Shown one piece after another: positions 29,644 to 39,967 of a stretch of DNA of 64,000 nt; position 1 is the stretch's first letter, and each line of letters starts with the position of its first letter. The position numbers and the translations under genes were made by a program. The DNA comes from a bacterium. GTDB lineage: Bacteria; Patescibacteriota; Andersenbacteria; UBA10190. The notes under the pieces were generated by a model that ran no database searches, was not told the origin of the DNA, and worked only from the letters and a program-made list of their open reading frames with translations. The DNA lies in NCBI GenBank assembly GCA_043811915.1, contig JBDRMS010000009.1, positions 9,960 through 73,959 of the forward strand, given 5' to 3'.

Positions 29644-30387
29644 TCATAATAATAACTTTTTTTGTTTACGCATCAGCAAAGGAAATCGCACCGTGGCCTG
29701 CCAAATACGCGGCCACCTTCCTGGTTCTAAATACAGACGCCACAACCATTCAATGTTTAGAGTACGCAACCATCGTGGCGCCCGGGGCAGGTCTTCACTG
29801 ATCATAGCAAACGCACCGCCCACTCCCATGGCAATTCTGACACTGGGTAAGTTTTTGCGCTGTTCCTCTATCCACACGGTCTGTTTAGGCGCACCGTAAG
29901 CAACTAATAAAACCGCCGGTTGAAATTCCTTCACACTTTGTGATCCAGCCGTCACCGCCAATTCCGGGAAACGCCGCTTCAGTTTATTTGCTGTTTCTTG
30001 CCGCTGCTGACTAGTCCCGCCCAACAAATAAATTGACTTCCCCATTCTTTGACACAGTCGGCTCAATATCATAACAGCATCAACGCCGGTCACTCTCTCC
30101 ACTTTCTGCCACAAAAAAGTCAACAAACTCGGTAGCAACGGCCAGTATCCTGAACGCAAATACCACCTGGCCCAAACCAGGCCCGCTCCATCGGGCACTC
30201 GTATTTCGGCCGCTCGCACTGCACTTCGAAAGATATTGTCGCGCTCGGCCAGCATAATCATTTCCGGGTTTAATGTCACTACGTGATTAAACTTGTTAGA
30301 TTTAAGCCACCTTTTGCACAGCTCAAAAAAATCCTCCAGGCCCATAAAATTACAGTTTACCTGTCCTAAACGTACGGTTTCTCTCAC
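29644..30387 (-). CDS. WecB/TagA/CpsF family glycosyltransferase
   Basis: VVTLNPE, PDGAG, RVTGVD, GAPKQ..W, GVGGAF, RAP.W....IEWLWRL..EP.R. Confidence 0.93.
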   Translation of the reverse strand: MRETVRLGQVNCNFMGLEDFFELCKRWLKSNKFNHVVTLNPEMIMLAERDNIFRSAVRAAEIRVPDGAGLVWARWYLRSGYWPLLPSLLTFLWQKVERVTGVDAVMILSRLCQRMGKSIYLLGGTSQQRQETANKLKRRFPELAVTAGSQSVKEFQPAVLLVAYGAPKQTVWIEEQRKNLPSVRIAMGVGGAFAMISEDLPRAPRWLRTLNIEWLWRLYLEPGRWPRIWQATVRFPLLMRKQKKLLL

Positions 30388-30926
30388 GGTACCAGGCTAA
30401 TAATCCCCTCGCTGGTATATTTTGCTCCTTCTTTTTTTAGCTCACTACTGTAAATAACGATTTGTTTGGCCGTAAAAGTAACTCCAACTGGATAGTCCGC
30501 CAAACCTATTCCGCGGGAGGCTGGATGTAAATTAGCCAGGCGCACATGCGGCACAAATAGCTCCTTTTCCATTTTACTTGTTTGCATTTTAGGAATGCGC
30601 AATTTGATCACCCGGCGTCTCACTTGCCTACGCACATTCTTCAACACGTTTGTCTCGTGTGCATAAGCCCACAACTGTTCTCGGCGTAGCCCCCGCCCTA
30701 CATGTGTTAGGGTTATAGCGGGTAAAAAATGTTGGGGCATTTTTCCCGACAAGCGCCGCAAATACCAGGCATAATTTTTGACTTCTCCCAGCCAAAGCAG
30801 CGTTAAATGCCGATTCTCCTTTGGCACCATCTTCTCGACATATTGCGGGTAGTGCTGCATAGCCTGTTCCAGAGCATTAGTTATCTGTTCCGGTATTGGT
30901 ATAGCAAGAAAAAGCCTAGCCGTCAT
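30384..30926 (-). CDS. thpR: 2H phosphoesterase / RNA 2',3'-cyclic phosphodiesterase-like
   Basis: RLFLAI, HLTL, F.PHV.LA, YSSEL...GAKY; second HxT reads HVR. Confidence 0.75.
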   Translation of the reverse strand: MTARLFLAIPIPEQITNALEQAMQHYPQYVEKMVPKENRHLTLLWLGEVKNYAWYLRRLSGKMPQHFLPAITLTHVGRGLRREQLWAYAHETNVLKNVRRQVRRRVIKLRIPKMQTSKMEKELFVPHVRLANLHPASRGIGLADYPVGVTFTAKQIVIYSSELKKEGAKYTSEGIISLVP

Positions 30927-30956
30927 ACAATTAACTGTACAATAAAAAACAGATAC

Positions 30957-31472
30957 ATGGATACATATACAAAACTAGCCAAGATCACCACCGAACACTT
31001 TGTCCGACAGCACTCTGTTCTGCTCCTGCCTAGCGCCTTATCTCTGGACCTTCGTCGCCAGAAAGCCTGCTACGTATATGTATACGAAAACCCTGGCCGC
31101 CGGCTGCGCGCCGTGTATGGTGAACCTTTTCCCCGTTACTCCTGCCTGGCCGAGGAAATTATTAATAACACTGTGGGGGCTCTAACTAAACATACTTTCC
31201 CGGTTATTCATCGTACTGATCTAGCCTCATTAATCTATATTGTGGCAGTGTTAGACCCGCTCCAGCGTATTATTGATGCCACTCAACTTCACCCCGATAA
31301 GTTTGGTCTTTACCTGCACTCCGACCAGGGAAAATCAGCAGTTCTTCTCCCACAACGCACCGGCGTAGAAACAGCTCAAGACCAGATTGCCACCGCCTTG
31401 CGTGAATCAGGCTCCAATCCACGTCAGGAAGCCATAACCATGTATCGTTTTGGAGTCACCTATTATGAGTAA
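30957..31472 (+). CDS. AMMECR1-domain protein
   Basis: ACYV...GRRLR..G...P...CLAEEIINN, GLYL....SAVLLP; start MDTY. Confidence 0.8.
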   Translation: MDTYTKLAKITTEHFVRQHSVLLLPSALSLDLRRQKACYVYVYENPGRRLRAVYGEPFPRYSCLAEEIINNTVGALTKHTFPVIHRTDLASLIYIVAVLDPLQRIIDATQLHPDKFGLYLHSDQGKSAVLLPQRTGVETAQDQIATALRESGSNPRQEAITMYRFGVTYYE

Positions 31473-33072
31473 AGTCGCCAGGTTTGCCGAAGTTGCCCCC
31501 GCTATTCCCTTGCCCCCCACTGGGCCTCAAACCTATACCTACAAACTTTCTGCCAAACAACAGTCGAAAATTAACCCCTACGCCCGTGTGACTGTTCCCT
31601 TTGGCCACCGAACGGTATCTGGCGTAGTAATAAGGCTACATTCCAGGCCGGCTTTGTATCGTACCAAATCGATAATCGCCGTATTTCCCGCCGCCTTGAC
31701 TAGCCGCCAGGTGCAATTTGCCCGCTGGATGGCACAAGTTAGCCACGGTGGCCTTGGCTATACGCTAAGACTTTTTCAGCCGCCTGGGGCGAGCCTCGTC
31801 TGCGGCGGGTCCCCCGGAGACTCGCCTGGCCCTTCAGCACCTTCCTTGAAACCTCCTGTAGCCTTAATTGATGGCAACTTCAATCACCGCTGCCGGAAAT
31901 TGCGCACCATTATCAGACAATACATTAGCCAAGGACACCAGGTCCTGATATTAGCGCCCGAAAAATGGATGGCCGAGCTCTTAAACCAGCAATTAAACAA
32001 CTTATCCCCTACTTTGATATACGCCGACCTGCCGGCCTCTCATTTGAACAGTGTCTGGCAGCAAATTCGCGCCGGTCAGCCCAAACTTATTATTGGTACT
32101 CAAAAAGCCCTATTTCTACCATTTAATAATCTCAAACTCGTGGTCATAGAAGAAGAACAGTACGCCACTCACAAACTTTGGGATCAATATCCTCGCCTGC
32201 ACAATATATCTGGCGCAGAACAATTAGCCTATCTCCACGCCGCCTCTCTTCTATACACCTCCTCTTTTTCCTCCCTGCGCTTACGCCACGCCCTGCAAAA
32301 CAAAACAATCAAAGCGCTTGTAAATAAGCCCCTTATCCCGCGCACCTCACTTGTTAAATATGATTTTGAAGATAAAGTTAAGCGCTACGCTCTGCCTTCA
32401 TCCTTTGTTTGCAGATTAAGAAAATGGCTCAAAGACAAAGACGAAGTCTTGTTGTTCTACAATCAGCGCGACAATGATCATCTCAAAAAAATTCTGAATC
32501 AAAACCATTTATCCTCTCCTCGGCTCACTTTAAGTACCAGCGCTATTTTTGCTGCCGAACCAGGTAAAAAATTTAATCGCATAGTGTGGCTTCATCCCGA
32601 ACGCAGCTTGAGCTATCCCGATTTTCGCAGCCATGAGCGTGCTCTTGTCACCCTGTCCCGCCTGCAACAAAGCTTAAGCAGCCGTCAGCGCAGGATCTTT
32701 CTGGTAACCCGCCGGCCGGACACAGTCGAAAAAATATTCATTCGCCCCCCTGCCGAAGCATTCGCCGGTATTCTTAAAGAACGCCAGCGCTTCTCCTATC
32801 CCCCCTATACCGATCTGGTGCGCCTCACTATTAAGGCCAAAACCAAAGCCGCCGCTATGAAGAGAAGTATTCTAATCCGTCAACAAATAGACCGGCGCTT
32901 ATCAAAAAACTCCTCCGTTAAAGTCCGCGGCCCTTTTCATGACTTATCGCACCTTCCTAAAAACAAACCAGAAGTCCAGATTCTCCTCACCGGATCTCTC
33001 AAAGTTCTAATCAATATTTATAAAAATCTGGCTGTCGACGCCGCCGACCTCACCCCTGAGCGCATTCTGTAA
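31465..33072 (+). CDS. priA: primosomal protein N' (PriA), reduced/degenerate
   Basis: 3'-binding domain (YTY, RVTVPFG.R.V.GVV), QVLILAPE, IIGTQKALFLPF.NL.LVVIEEEQ, PDFRS.ER, ERQRFSYPPY; lacks Walker A and zinc ribbons. Confidence 0.8.
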   Translation: MSKVARFAEVAPAIPLPPTGPQTYTYKLSAKQQSKINPYARVTVPFGHRTVSGVVIRLHSRPALYRTKSIIAVFPAALTSRQVQFARWMAQVSHGGLGYTLRLFQPPGASLVCGGSPGDSPGPSAPSLKPPVALIDGNFNHRCRKLRTIIRQYISQGHQVLILAPEKWMAELLNQQLNNLSPTLIYADLPASHLNSVWQQIRAGQPKLIIGTQKALFLPFNNLKLVVIEEEQYATHKLWDQYPRLHNISGAEQLAYLHAASLLYTSSFSSLRLRHALQNKTIKALVNKPLIPRTSLVKYDFEDKVKRYALPSSFVCRLRKWLKDKDEVLLFYNQRDNDHLKKILNQNHLSSPRLTLSTSAIFAAEPGKKFNRIVWLHPERSLSYPDFRSHERALVTLSRLQQSLSSRQRRIFLVTRRPDTVEKIFIRPPAEAFAGILKERQRFSYPPYTDLVRLTIKAKTKAAAMKRSILIRQQIDRRLSKNSSVKVRGPFHDLSHLPKNKPEVQILLTGSLKVLINIYKNLAVDAADLTPERIL

Positions 33073-33099
33073 ATGGGGGATTTGTGATAACATGCACAT

Positions 33100-33687
33100 A
33101 TGAATCAAAATTACAAAAGAAAAGGCATGGCCTTTATCGTCATTGCCTACTCTGTCGCCTTAGCCTTCTTATTTGTCTTGCTTCTGCGCAGTATCGCCGT
33201 CCAGATTTCACCTCCCCCCCCTCCGCAAAATGAGCCTTACCCTGATACCAGTACCAAGGAACTGTGTGAGGAGGCTGGCGGCCGCTGGCTGGAAAACAGC
33301 CAAGAATTACAAAGTGAACGTGCAGAATCAGACTCTCCTCAACCGGCCAGTCGACCCATAAGCAAATGCCAGGGCCCTCTCAAGTTCGAGCGGGACATGC
33401 GTATTCAGCAAGATGACAATCAACAAACCTCTCTGTTCGTCTTCCTGATTGGCGGCACCATCGCCGTAGCGGGCAGCGCTTTTCTCAGAAAAAGCCGTGT
33501 CCTGTCGCTGGGATTAATGCTCGGCGGTATATTCTCCTTCTTCGTGGCCGGCACACAACTATGGATGCTGGCTCCCGGCCTGGGCCGTGTTATCACCATC
33601 GCCATTTTATTCCTCGTCCTCACCGGCATCGGCGTCTACGTCTTCCGCGACAGCGACCAGGAAGAAACAGCGCAAGTTCCTCAATAA
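33100..33687 (+). CDS. hypothetical membrane protein
   Basis: Four TM helices with an extracytoplasmic loop containing CEEAGGRW and a second Cys. Confidence 0.75.
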   Translation: MNQNYKRKGMAFIVIAYSVALAFLFVLLLRSIAVQISPPPPPQNEPYPDTSTKELCEEAGGRWLENSQELQSERAESDSPQPASRPISKCQGPLKFERDMRIQQDDNQQTSLFVFLIGGTIAVAGSAFLRKSRVLSLGLMLGGIFSFFVAGTQLWMLAPGLGRVITIAILFLVLTGIGVYVFRDSDQEETAQVPQ

Positions 33688-33737
33688 AAATAGGGCCAGA
33701 TATAAATCCGGCCCGGACTCACTTTTTGCAGGGGGCT

Positions 33738-34046
33738 TTAGGAAACTTTTTTTGTCTCCCAGCTTCCCCCGGCTTGACGGAGTACACGCGCTATCTCCTG
33801 GTCAAAATCCTCCCGTGAGAGCATATCTTCGTTCCACTTGTCGAACAATCTGCCAATCTCCCGGCACGGCGTCCGCACGTTCCTTGAGGCGGCGTGAATC
33901 CGTTCGCATTTTACGCAGCGGTCTCCCACCTCTGTAACAATAACCTCATCCCAATCGCCGCCAGAGTGGTATTGCGTCCAGTGGCGATAAATCTTACCTC
34001 CACATTCACAGTGTTCGTGGAGAAAAACAGCGGCCGGGGCTTTCAT
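33738..34046 (-). CDS. hypothetical protein, possible zinc ribbon
   Basis: CECGG and CVKC; SD AAAGGAG; follows the IMPase-family gene. Confidence 0.6.
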   Translation of the reverse strand: MKAPAAVFLHEHCECGGKIYRHWTQYHSGGDWDEVIVTEVGDRCVKCERIHAASRNVRTPCREIGRLFDKWNEDMLSREDFDQEIARVLRQAGGSWETKKVS

Positions 34047-34066
34047 AGTAAGATCTCCTTTTTGAA

Positions 34067-35065
34067 TTAGCCGATTTGGGGCGGCGGCATAGGTAATGTT
34101 ACACTGCCTCGATCGGCCAGGTTAAGAAAAGAAAGAGTTTGAACAGCCTCGAGTACCTTTTTCGCCAACGACGGACGGGCCGCAATTAGCGTCAAAGGCT
34201 CGCCAAAACAACGTTTTTGCCATCCCACGCCGTTCTCATCCGTGATAGTAAAACCCAACCCATCTAACACCGGCAAGGCGCCGCCTACGTCCCAAGGATG
34301 TAGCACCTCATCACTGCCTTCTGTTCCTCCTGAAAACAAAGCTCGCAAATCAACATAGGCATCAACCTGGTTGCTGACCATATCAAGCAAGTCCTGCAGT
34401 GATGATCGACACCCTCCCGTTGTCCGTCCTCCCGCCGCTTGAATTGCTTCCTCAACCTCACAGCGGGCCTTGACGTTGCCGTGCGAATACCCTGGTACCA
34501 CTGCATACCATTGAGAATCACCCCGGGCCTCTTGTACCTCGGCTTGCGGAATCAGCTCTCTGTTAAGAAAAGCAAGAAATGAACCCGGCTCCGTCCGCAC
34601 AGCTGAATACACACTCTTACTGGCAAAGTCGTACACAGCGCAGGCTACGATGCTAGACAACTCCGCTCTCTCCAGTACCATCGCCGACGTACCACCAAAA
34701 ATTGGTCGGCCGCGGTTTTTCGACGCCAGAGCCCGCTTGGTGTTGGTCGACCCTTCCAGTGCGTCACAAACCATAATTGGATACTTAAGCTCCCGGCCGG
34801 TCGCTCGGCGCCCGTCTGCTTCCTCGACAACGTCGCTCGTAAAGTCCGGCATGACCTCGCTGATAACCCGGCGCAAAGCGCTGGCGGCTACGTCGTCCGC
34901 CGTTGAGTATTGATGCCCGTGTACGTTCTCTGTGTCGTGTATATCATCTGCCCCCATACTAAGCACATGGTCTCCTGTCTTCCTCGCCACTCTGCACAAA
35001 TCCAACATCGTCTTTGTCCGTTGGCTCTGAACGAGAGGCATGCGTTCGCGTTCTTCGGCATTCAT
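34067..35065 (-). CDS. inositol monophosphatase / FBPase (FIG superfamily) protein
   Basis: TADD, EE, DALEGSTN (DPLDGT.N variant), DAYVDLR, PWDVGG...G.TITDENG; SD GGGAGG before MNAEE. Confidence 0.8.
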   Translation of the reverse strand: MNAEERERMPLVQSQRTKTMLDLCRVARKTGDHVLSMGADDIHDTENVHGHQYSTADDVAASALRRVISEVMPDFTSDVVEEADGRRATGRELKYPIMVCDALEGSTNTKRALASKNRGRPIFGGTSAMVLERAELSSIVACAVYDFASKSVYSAVRTEPGSFLAFLNRELIPQAEVQEARGDSQWYAVVPGYSHGNVKARCEVEEAIQAAGGRTTGGCRSSLQDLLDMVSNQVDAYVDLRALFSGGTEGSDEVLHPWDVGGALPVLDGLGFTITDENGVGWQKRCFGEPLTLIAARPSLAKKVLEAVQTLSFLNLADRGSVTLPMPPPQIG

Positions 35066-35160
35066 GAGTACCTCCCTTTTATTAGGGTAAATTGTCAAAA
35101 GATCACGTGTTTTTAAGCACCCACCCTAAATTCCACTCCTGTTTATATATAGTTGTCAAT

Positions 35161-35189
35161 GCCAATTCCAACCCTTAGGGTTGGAATTG
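35161..35189. repeat. 29-bp palindromic element, copy 2
   Basis: Identical to 144-172. Confidence 0.85.
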
Positions 35190-35234
35190 GGACTATAGGC
35201 CGTGGGACAGCAGAATTCTGGGGTTTAAGAAAAT

Positions 35235-36071
35235 TTAATACAGCGCTTTAACTCCTGCTATATCCCCTGCTTCCAACGTCTGCTTTTTAGTCTCACCGAA
35301 ATCAGCCAAGCGATACATCGTCTCTTCAGTGCAGGAGTCATTCGGATGTCCCATACCCACCGAGTGTCCCAGTTCGTGTGTGGCTATGTTCTCGAAGTCC
35401 ATTTTTCCCATCTCGCCACTGTCACTCCAATCAAAATCAACCTGGTCGTAAACCTGGTCCCACTCCACTAGCTGCCGCTCGGACGGCTTACCTCTAAACA
35501 CACCCCACACGATCGTCACTCCAATAGCTCCCGGACTATCAACGTCACCAAAATAAACTTCATTCAAGTTATCTGGCGCTGCTGTGTCTGCTATTAATTC
35601 GTCACTTGTCTGTGATCCGTTGCCTAAAACATCAATTCCTTCTGCCGCAGTTTCCCATTTAGTGATATCTGCTGCTAGGTTGCCGACTACAAAGTTTTCA
35701 TCCAGGCCTTCTACATTAGTCGGGTTAACTATCCATGGTTCTACTGTCTTCCAGTTAGCACCGTTAGCCAGAAAACTGTAACACGCGCCTTCGCCGCTTT
35801 CTCCAGGCGGCTTCCCTTTATTGCCGCCTTTGGCCATCTCATTTTTGTAATGCACAAAGGCATAACCCTCCACTGCCTGCCCCGTGCCGGGGTCAATCGC
35901 TTGCCCCAACGAAATAACCGGCGACCCGTCAGCCGCCGCCGGCAACTTTAACACCTTTTCCGTGCCTGGTGTAAACAACGTCGCCGCTTGCCTCTGCACT
36001 GCCGCCACCGCCGGCGCTGACAGCAGCAAAAGGCTCATTGCTATCCCCAAACCAATAATTTTTTTGTACAT
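35235..36071 (-). CDS. secreted matrixin-family (metzincin) zinc metalloprotease
   Basis: Signal peptide, HELGHSVGMGH, Met-turn TMY, GDIAGV.ALY. Confidence 0.9.
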   Translation of the reverse strand: MYKKIIGLGIAMSLLLLSAPAVAAVQRQAATLFTPGTEKVLKLPAAADGSPVISLGQAIDPGTGQAVEGYAFVHYKNEMAKGGNKGKPPGESGEGACYSFLANGANWKTVEPWIVNPTNVEGLDENFVVGNLAADITKWETAAEGIDVLGNGSQTSDELIADTAAPDNLNEVYFGDVDSPGAIGVTIVWGVFRGKPSERQLVEWDQVYDQVDFDWSDSGEMGKMDFENIATHELGHSVGMGHPNDSCTEETMYRLADFGETKKQTLEAGDIAGVKALY

Positions 36072-36174
36072 AATAAAGTCACTTAAGAATTATTTATCTT
36101 ACCAAGAGTACATCAAAATCTCCCTCCAAACAAGAAACAAAGCCGACCCTTAATATGCAGCAATATATTACTAG

Positions 36175-36798
36175 TTACTGGTTACTAATACTTTCTTTTA
36201 CCTTCATTGTCGTTATAATCGCCGCTCTCCCCTGCTCCTCCAGTTTCATACTAATGTATTTTATCGTCTGCTTTTGCTGCGGTATCAAAACGTGCTCCAG
36301 GGCATTGACCCGCCGCCTGGTTTTTTCAATCTCCTGGGCCATCAACTCTGCTGCCTTCTCCTTAGCTGCCAGCTTCAGCAGTAACGGCAACACCTCGCGA
36401 AAATCGTACATGGCTATGTCCAACTCCGGTGACGTCTCCCAGTTAATATATTTTTCATTTGACTCTTCATATGTCGTCTCAAAGTCCGGAATTTTAACTC
36501 CCATCACATTCTTTTCCGCCACGGCAGCCGTAACTTTTTGTAACTCAAGTAAAGAAACCATTCTCACTGCTTGTGGGTCCATAGCCGCCTGCGCTAAAGT
36601 AAAGCGGTGCAAAGCATTAGCTAACTTCTCATCCACATTTTCTCTTAATTCTTTGACCTCACGGACTAATTCCAAAAACTCCTGCATCAACCCATCACGC
36701 TTCTCTTTTAGTAACTTATGTCCCTTTTGTGCCAAAACTGCTCGCTTCTTCAGGCGTAGCAGCTCCATTCTAGTAGGATTAACCCTTAGGTTTGGCAT
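36175..36798 (-). CDS. ntpD: V/A-type ATPase subunit D
   Basis: [38 protein letters not shown]. Confidence 0.96.
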   Translation of the reverse strand: MPNLRVNPTRMELLRLKKRAVLAQKGHKLLKEKRDGLMQEFLELVREVKELRENVDEKLANALHRFTLAQAAMDPQAVRMVSLLELQKVTAAVAEKNVMGVKIPDFETTYEESNEKYINWETSPELDIAMYDFREVLPLLLKLAAKEKAAELMAQEIEKTRRRVNALEHVLIPQQKQTIKYISMKLEEQGRAAIITTMKVKESISNQ

Positions 36799-38173
36799 AC
36801 TTTTCTATGTGCTCCTCTTTTATTCGTTTCAGCTCACTCTTCGGCAGCAACATAAGTAGTTCCCAACCTATAGCCAGTGTTTCTTCAATACTGCGATTTT
36901 CTGTCTCACCCTGGCTGATAAACTTCTTCTCAAACTGATCCGTGAAGGCAAGATATTTTTTGTCCGTCTCCGTCAGTGCTCCTTCCCCCAGAATAACGGC
37001 CAGCTCTCTAACTTCCAGTCCCCGTGCGTAAGCCGAGAACATTTGGTTAGCCACTCCGCTGTGGTCTTTCCGCGTTTTACCTTCCCCAATACCTTTCGGC
37101 ATTAACCTGGACAATGATGACAATACATTAACCGGCGGGTAGCTCCCCTTTTGGTGCAGGTCGCGTCCTAGTACTATTTGTCCTTCAGTAATGTACCCTG
37201 TCAAGTCAGGAATAGGATGGGTTTTATCATCCTCCGGCATAGATAAAATCGGCAGCTGGGTGATGGAACCTTCCTCGCCTCGCAGTCTCCCCGCTCGTTC
37301 ATAAATTGTCGACAGGTCGGAATATAGATAACCCGGGTAACCACGCCGCCCCGGCACTTCTTTTCTAGCCGAACTAATCTCACGCAGTGCCTCGGCATAT
37401 TTTGTCATGTCTGTCATAATCACCAGCACATGCATATGTTTGGTAAAGGCCAGATATTCCGCCGCCGTCAACGCCATACGCGGGGTAGCAATACGCTCTA
37501 CCGCCGGGTCATTAGCCAGATTAATAAATAGCACCGAGTGCTCGATGGCTCCTCTGCCTGTGAAGTCATTAATGAAGAATTGCGCCTCTTCGTATGTAAT
37601 TCCCATTGCTGCAAACACCACCGCGAATTCAATTCCCTTACCTCCTGCTTTGTTGGCACTAGGTACTGTTGCTTGCCGTGCAATCTGCGCTGCCAGCAGT
37701 GAGTGGGGAAGTCCAGCTCCGGAAAATATCGGCAACTTTTGTCCCAGGACCAATGTATTCATGCCATCAATACTGGAAATACCAGTCTGAATAAAGTCAT
37801 CCGGATACGCCCGCGCCGCCGGGTTAATTGGAGAACTGTTAATATCACGCTCCTCATCCGGAATAATCTCCGGTTGTCCGTCAATCGGCTTACCGGAGCC
37901 AGAAAACGTCCGTCCCAGCAAATCTCCCGATACCGGCAGTTTCAACACATCTCCCAGGAAACGCACCTTGGTTCCCGATACGCTTAAACCACTGGTACCT
38001 TCAAACATTTGCACCACTGCCCGGTCATCCATTACTTCCAATACCTTACCCCGTCGCTTCTCCTGCCCCGGCGACGCGACCTCCACCAGCTCGTCATAGG
38101 CCACCCCTTCTACTCCCTCCACTATTAATAGCGGTCCGGTTATTTCCTTTGTTGTTTTATATTCTTTTAACAT
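36779..38173 (-). CDS. ntpB: V/A-type ATPase subunit B
   Basis: [54 protein letters not shown]. Confidence 0.98.
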   Translation of the reverse strand: MLKEYKTTKEITGPLLIVEGVEGVAYDELVEVASPGQEKRRGKVLEVMDDRAVVQMFEGTSGLSVSGTKVRFLGDVLKLPVSGDLLGRTFSGSGKPIDGQPEIIPDEERDINSSPINPAARAYPDDFIQTGISSIDGMNTLVLGQKLPIFSGAGLPHSLLAAQIARQATVPSANKAGGKGIEFAVVFAAMGITYEEAQFFINDFTGRGAIEHSVLFINLANDPAVERIATPRMALTAAEYLAFTKHMHVLVIMTDMTKYAEALREISSARKEVPGRRGYPGYLYSDLSTIYERAGRLRGEEGSITQLPILSMPEDDKTHPIPDLTGYITEGQIVLGRDLHQKGSYPPVNVLSSLSRLMPKGIGEGKTRKDHSGVANQMFSAYARGLEVRELAVILGEGALTETDKKYLAFTDQFEKKFISQGETENRSIEETLAIGWELLMLLPKSELKRIKEEHIEKYAKPKG

Positions 38174-38185
38174 GGGTATTTAGCA

Positions 38186-39955
38186 TTAAAGTTGCTTCTC
38201 CAGCTCGTCAAAATAGTCTGTCACCTCATCATGCGGAACCATTTTTGCCCTGGCAATCTTCTCCACCACCTCGAGCTGCATTAAATTATCTATGGCCGCC
38301 TCTGCCTTCTTCAACTTCTCGCCTCCCGTGCGATAAAATTGCATAATAACTTTCAACATACGGTACTGCTTAATTAGACTGGTATAAGTGTCCACTTCAT
38401 CAAACGCGTTTTGTTGCAGGTAGTCCTCCCGTATCATTCTGGCTACGTGCAGCAACAATTGTTCTTGCTGAGATAGGGCCTCAATTCCAACCAGCCGCAC
38501 CACTTCTTCCAGGGCTGCCTCTTCCTGTAAAATCGTCATCGCTTCCTGTCTCAACTCGCTCCAATCATCTCCCGTTTTACTGCGATAATAATCGGCCAAT
38601 TGATCTGTGTACAGCGAATAGCTAGTCAGCCAGTTAATGGCCGGGTAATGACGGCTGTAAGCCAGTTTGTCATCCAATCCCCAAAAAACCTTTACTACAC
38701 TCAATGTGTTTTGTGTCACCGGCTCCGATAGATCTCCTCCTGGCGGCGATACCGCTCCAATGGCCGTCAGTGACCCTTCCCGTTCATCTGAACCCAGCAC
38801 TCTGGCACTACCGGCCCGCTCATAAAATCCAGCCGTTCGTGAGCCCAGGTAAGCAGGATACCCTTCGTCGCCCGGCATTTCTTCCAGTCGTCCTGACATT
38901 TCACGTAAGGCCTCAGCCCATCGGGAAGTGGAATCGGCCATCAAAGCCACCGAGTATCCCATGTCCCGATAATACTCCGCAATTGTCATCCCGGTGTAAA
39001 TAGACGCCTCCCTGGCCGCCACCGGCATGTTAGAGGTATTAGCAATCAACACTGTACGTTGCAACAGCGGCTTACCCGTGTTCGGATCCTCCAGCTCCGG
39101 GAACTCAATTAGGATGTCCGTCATCTCATTCCCTCGCTCTCCACAACCAATGTAAACAATAATTTCCGCGTCTGCCCACTTAGCCAACTGCTGTTGTACG
39201 ACTGTTTTACCGGCCCCAAAAGGTCCCGGCACAGCCCCGGTACCACCCTTGGCAATGGGGAAAAATGTATCGATAACCCGCTGTCCCGACAATAAGGGAA
39301 CCGTCGGTATCAATTTCTCTTTAACCGGGCGGGGGGTACGGATTGGCCAGCGTGCCATCATGGTAATCTCGTGTTCTTTGCCTCTGTCATCTTCAAGTAC
39401 AGCCACTGTGTCCGTAACCTTATAAGCTCCCGCCGGCACAATGTGCTTAATCTTGCCACTCAAGTTCGGAGGCACCATAATTTTATGCTCAATAATTTCT
39501 GTCTCCTGAACAGTACCCAATATGTCTCCTCCCGTAACCATTGCGCCCTGTCCCGCGGTCTCGCCTCCGACGAGACTTCGCGGAGTGAAATCCCACTGCT
39601 TCTCACGATCAAGGGAGTCAACTGTGACTCCTCTGGCAATAAAAGCCCCGCTTTTATCTCTAATAACTTCCAGGGGACGCTGAATACCATCATAAATAGT
39701 GCTCAACATGCCTGGCCCCAGCTCCAGCGACAGCGGCTCTCCCGTTGATACCACTTCCTGTCCCGGCATCAATCCACTAGTCTCCTCATAAACCTGGATC
39801 GAAGCCGTATCGTCTTCCAGCTCCACCACTTCTCCCATTAACCGATTTTTGCCAACCAGGACCAGATCATACATCTTGGCGCCCTGCATACCCCTCGCCA
39901 CCACCAGTGGCCCTGATACTTTTTGAATTTCACCCTCAATTTTTTTCTGCTTCAT
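38186..39955 (-). CDS. ntpA: V/A-type ATPase subunit A
   Basis: [50 protein letters not shown]. Confidence 0.98.
   Translation of the reverse strand: MKQKKIEGEIQKVSGPLVVARGMQGAKMYDLVLVGKNRLMGEVVELEDDTASIQVYEETSGLMPGQEVVSTGEPLSLELGPGMLSTIYDGIQRPLEVIRDKSGAFIARGVTVDSLDREKQWDFTPRSLVGGETAGQGAMVTGGDILGTVQETEIIEHKIMVPPNLSGKIKHIVPAGAYKVTDTVAVLEDDRGKEHEITMMARWPIRTPRPVKEKLIPTVPLLSGQRVIDTFFPIAKGGTGAVPGPFGAGKTVVQQQLAKWADAEIIVYIGCGERGNEMTDILIEFPELEDPNTGKPLLQRTVLIANTSNMPVAAREASIYTGMTIAEYYRDMGYSVALMADSTSRWAEALREMSGRLEEMPGDEGYPAYLGSRTAGFYERAGSARVLGSDEREGSLTAIGAVSPPGGDLSEPVTQNTLSVVKVFWGLDDKLAYSRHYPAINWLTSYSLYTDQLADYYRSKTGDDWSELRQEAMTILQEEAALEEVVRLVGIEALSQQEQLLLHVARMIREDYLQQNAFDEVDTYTSLIKQYRMLKVIMQFYRTGGEKLKKAEAAIDNLMQLEVVEKIARAKMVPHDEVTDYFDELEKQL
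39547..39587 (+). repeat. palindromic mini-element in frame inside ntpA
   Basis: CCTGTCCCGCG-GTCTCG-CCTCCGA-CGAGAC-TTC-GCGGAGTG; 11-nt arm identical to the reverse complement of 12835-12845. Confidence 0.65.
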
Positions 39956-39967
39956 AATAACTAATAA

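Noticed and set aside
30537-30551. Second 2H motif of the ThpR-like protein reads HVR instead of HxT
   Set aside because: A single substitution; cannot tell loss of activity from tolerated variation without orthologues.
36155-36859. 234-aa plus-strand ORF and similar long antisense ORFs (56390-57238, 55508-56140, 44699-45247)
   Set aside because: Antisense shadows of well-supported genes, with no motifs of their own.
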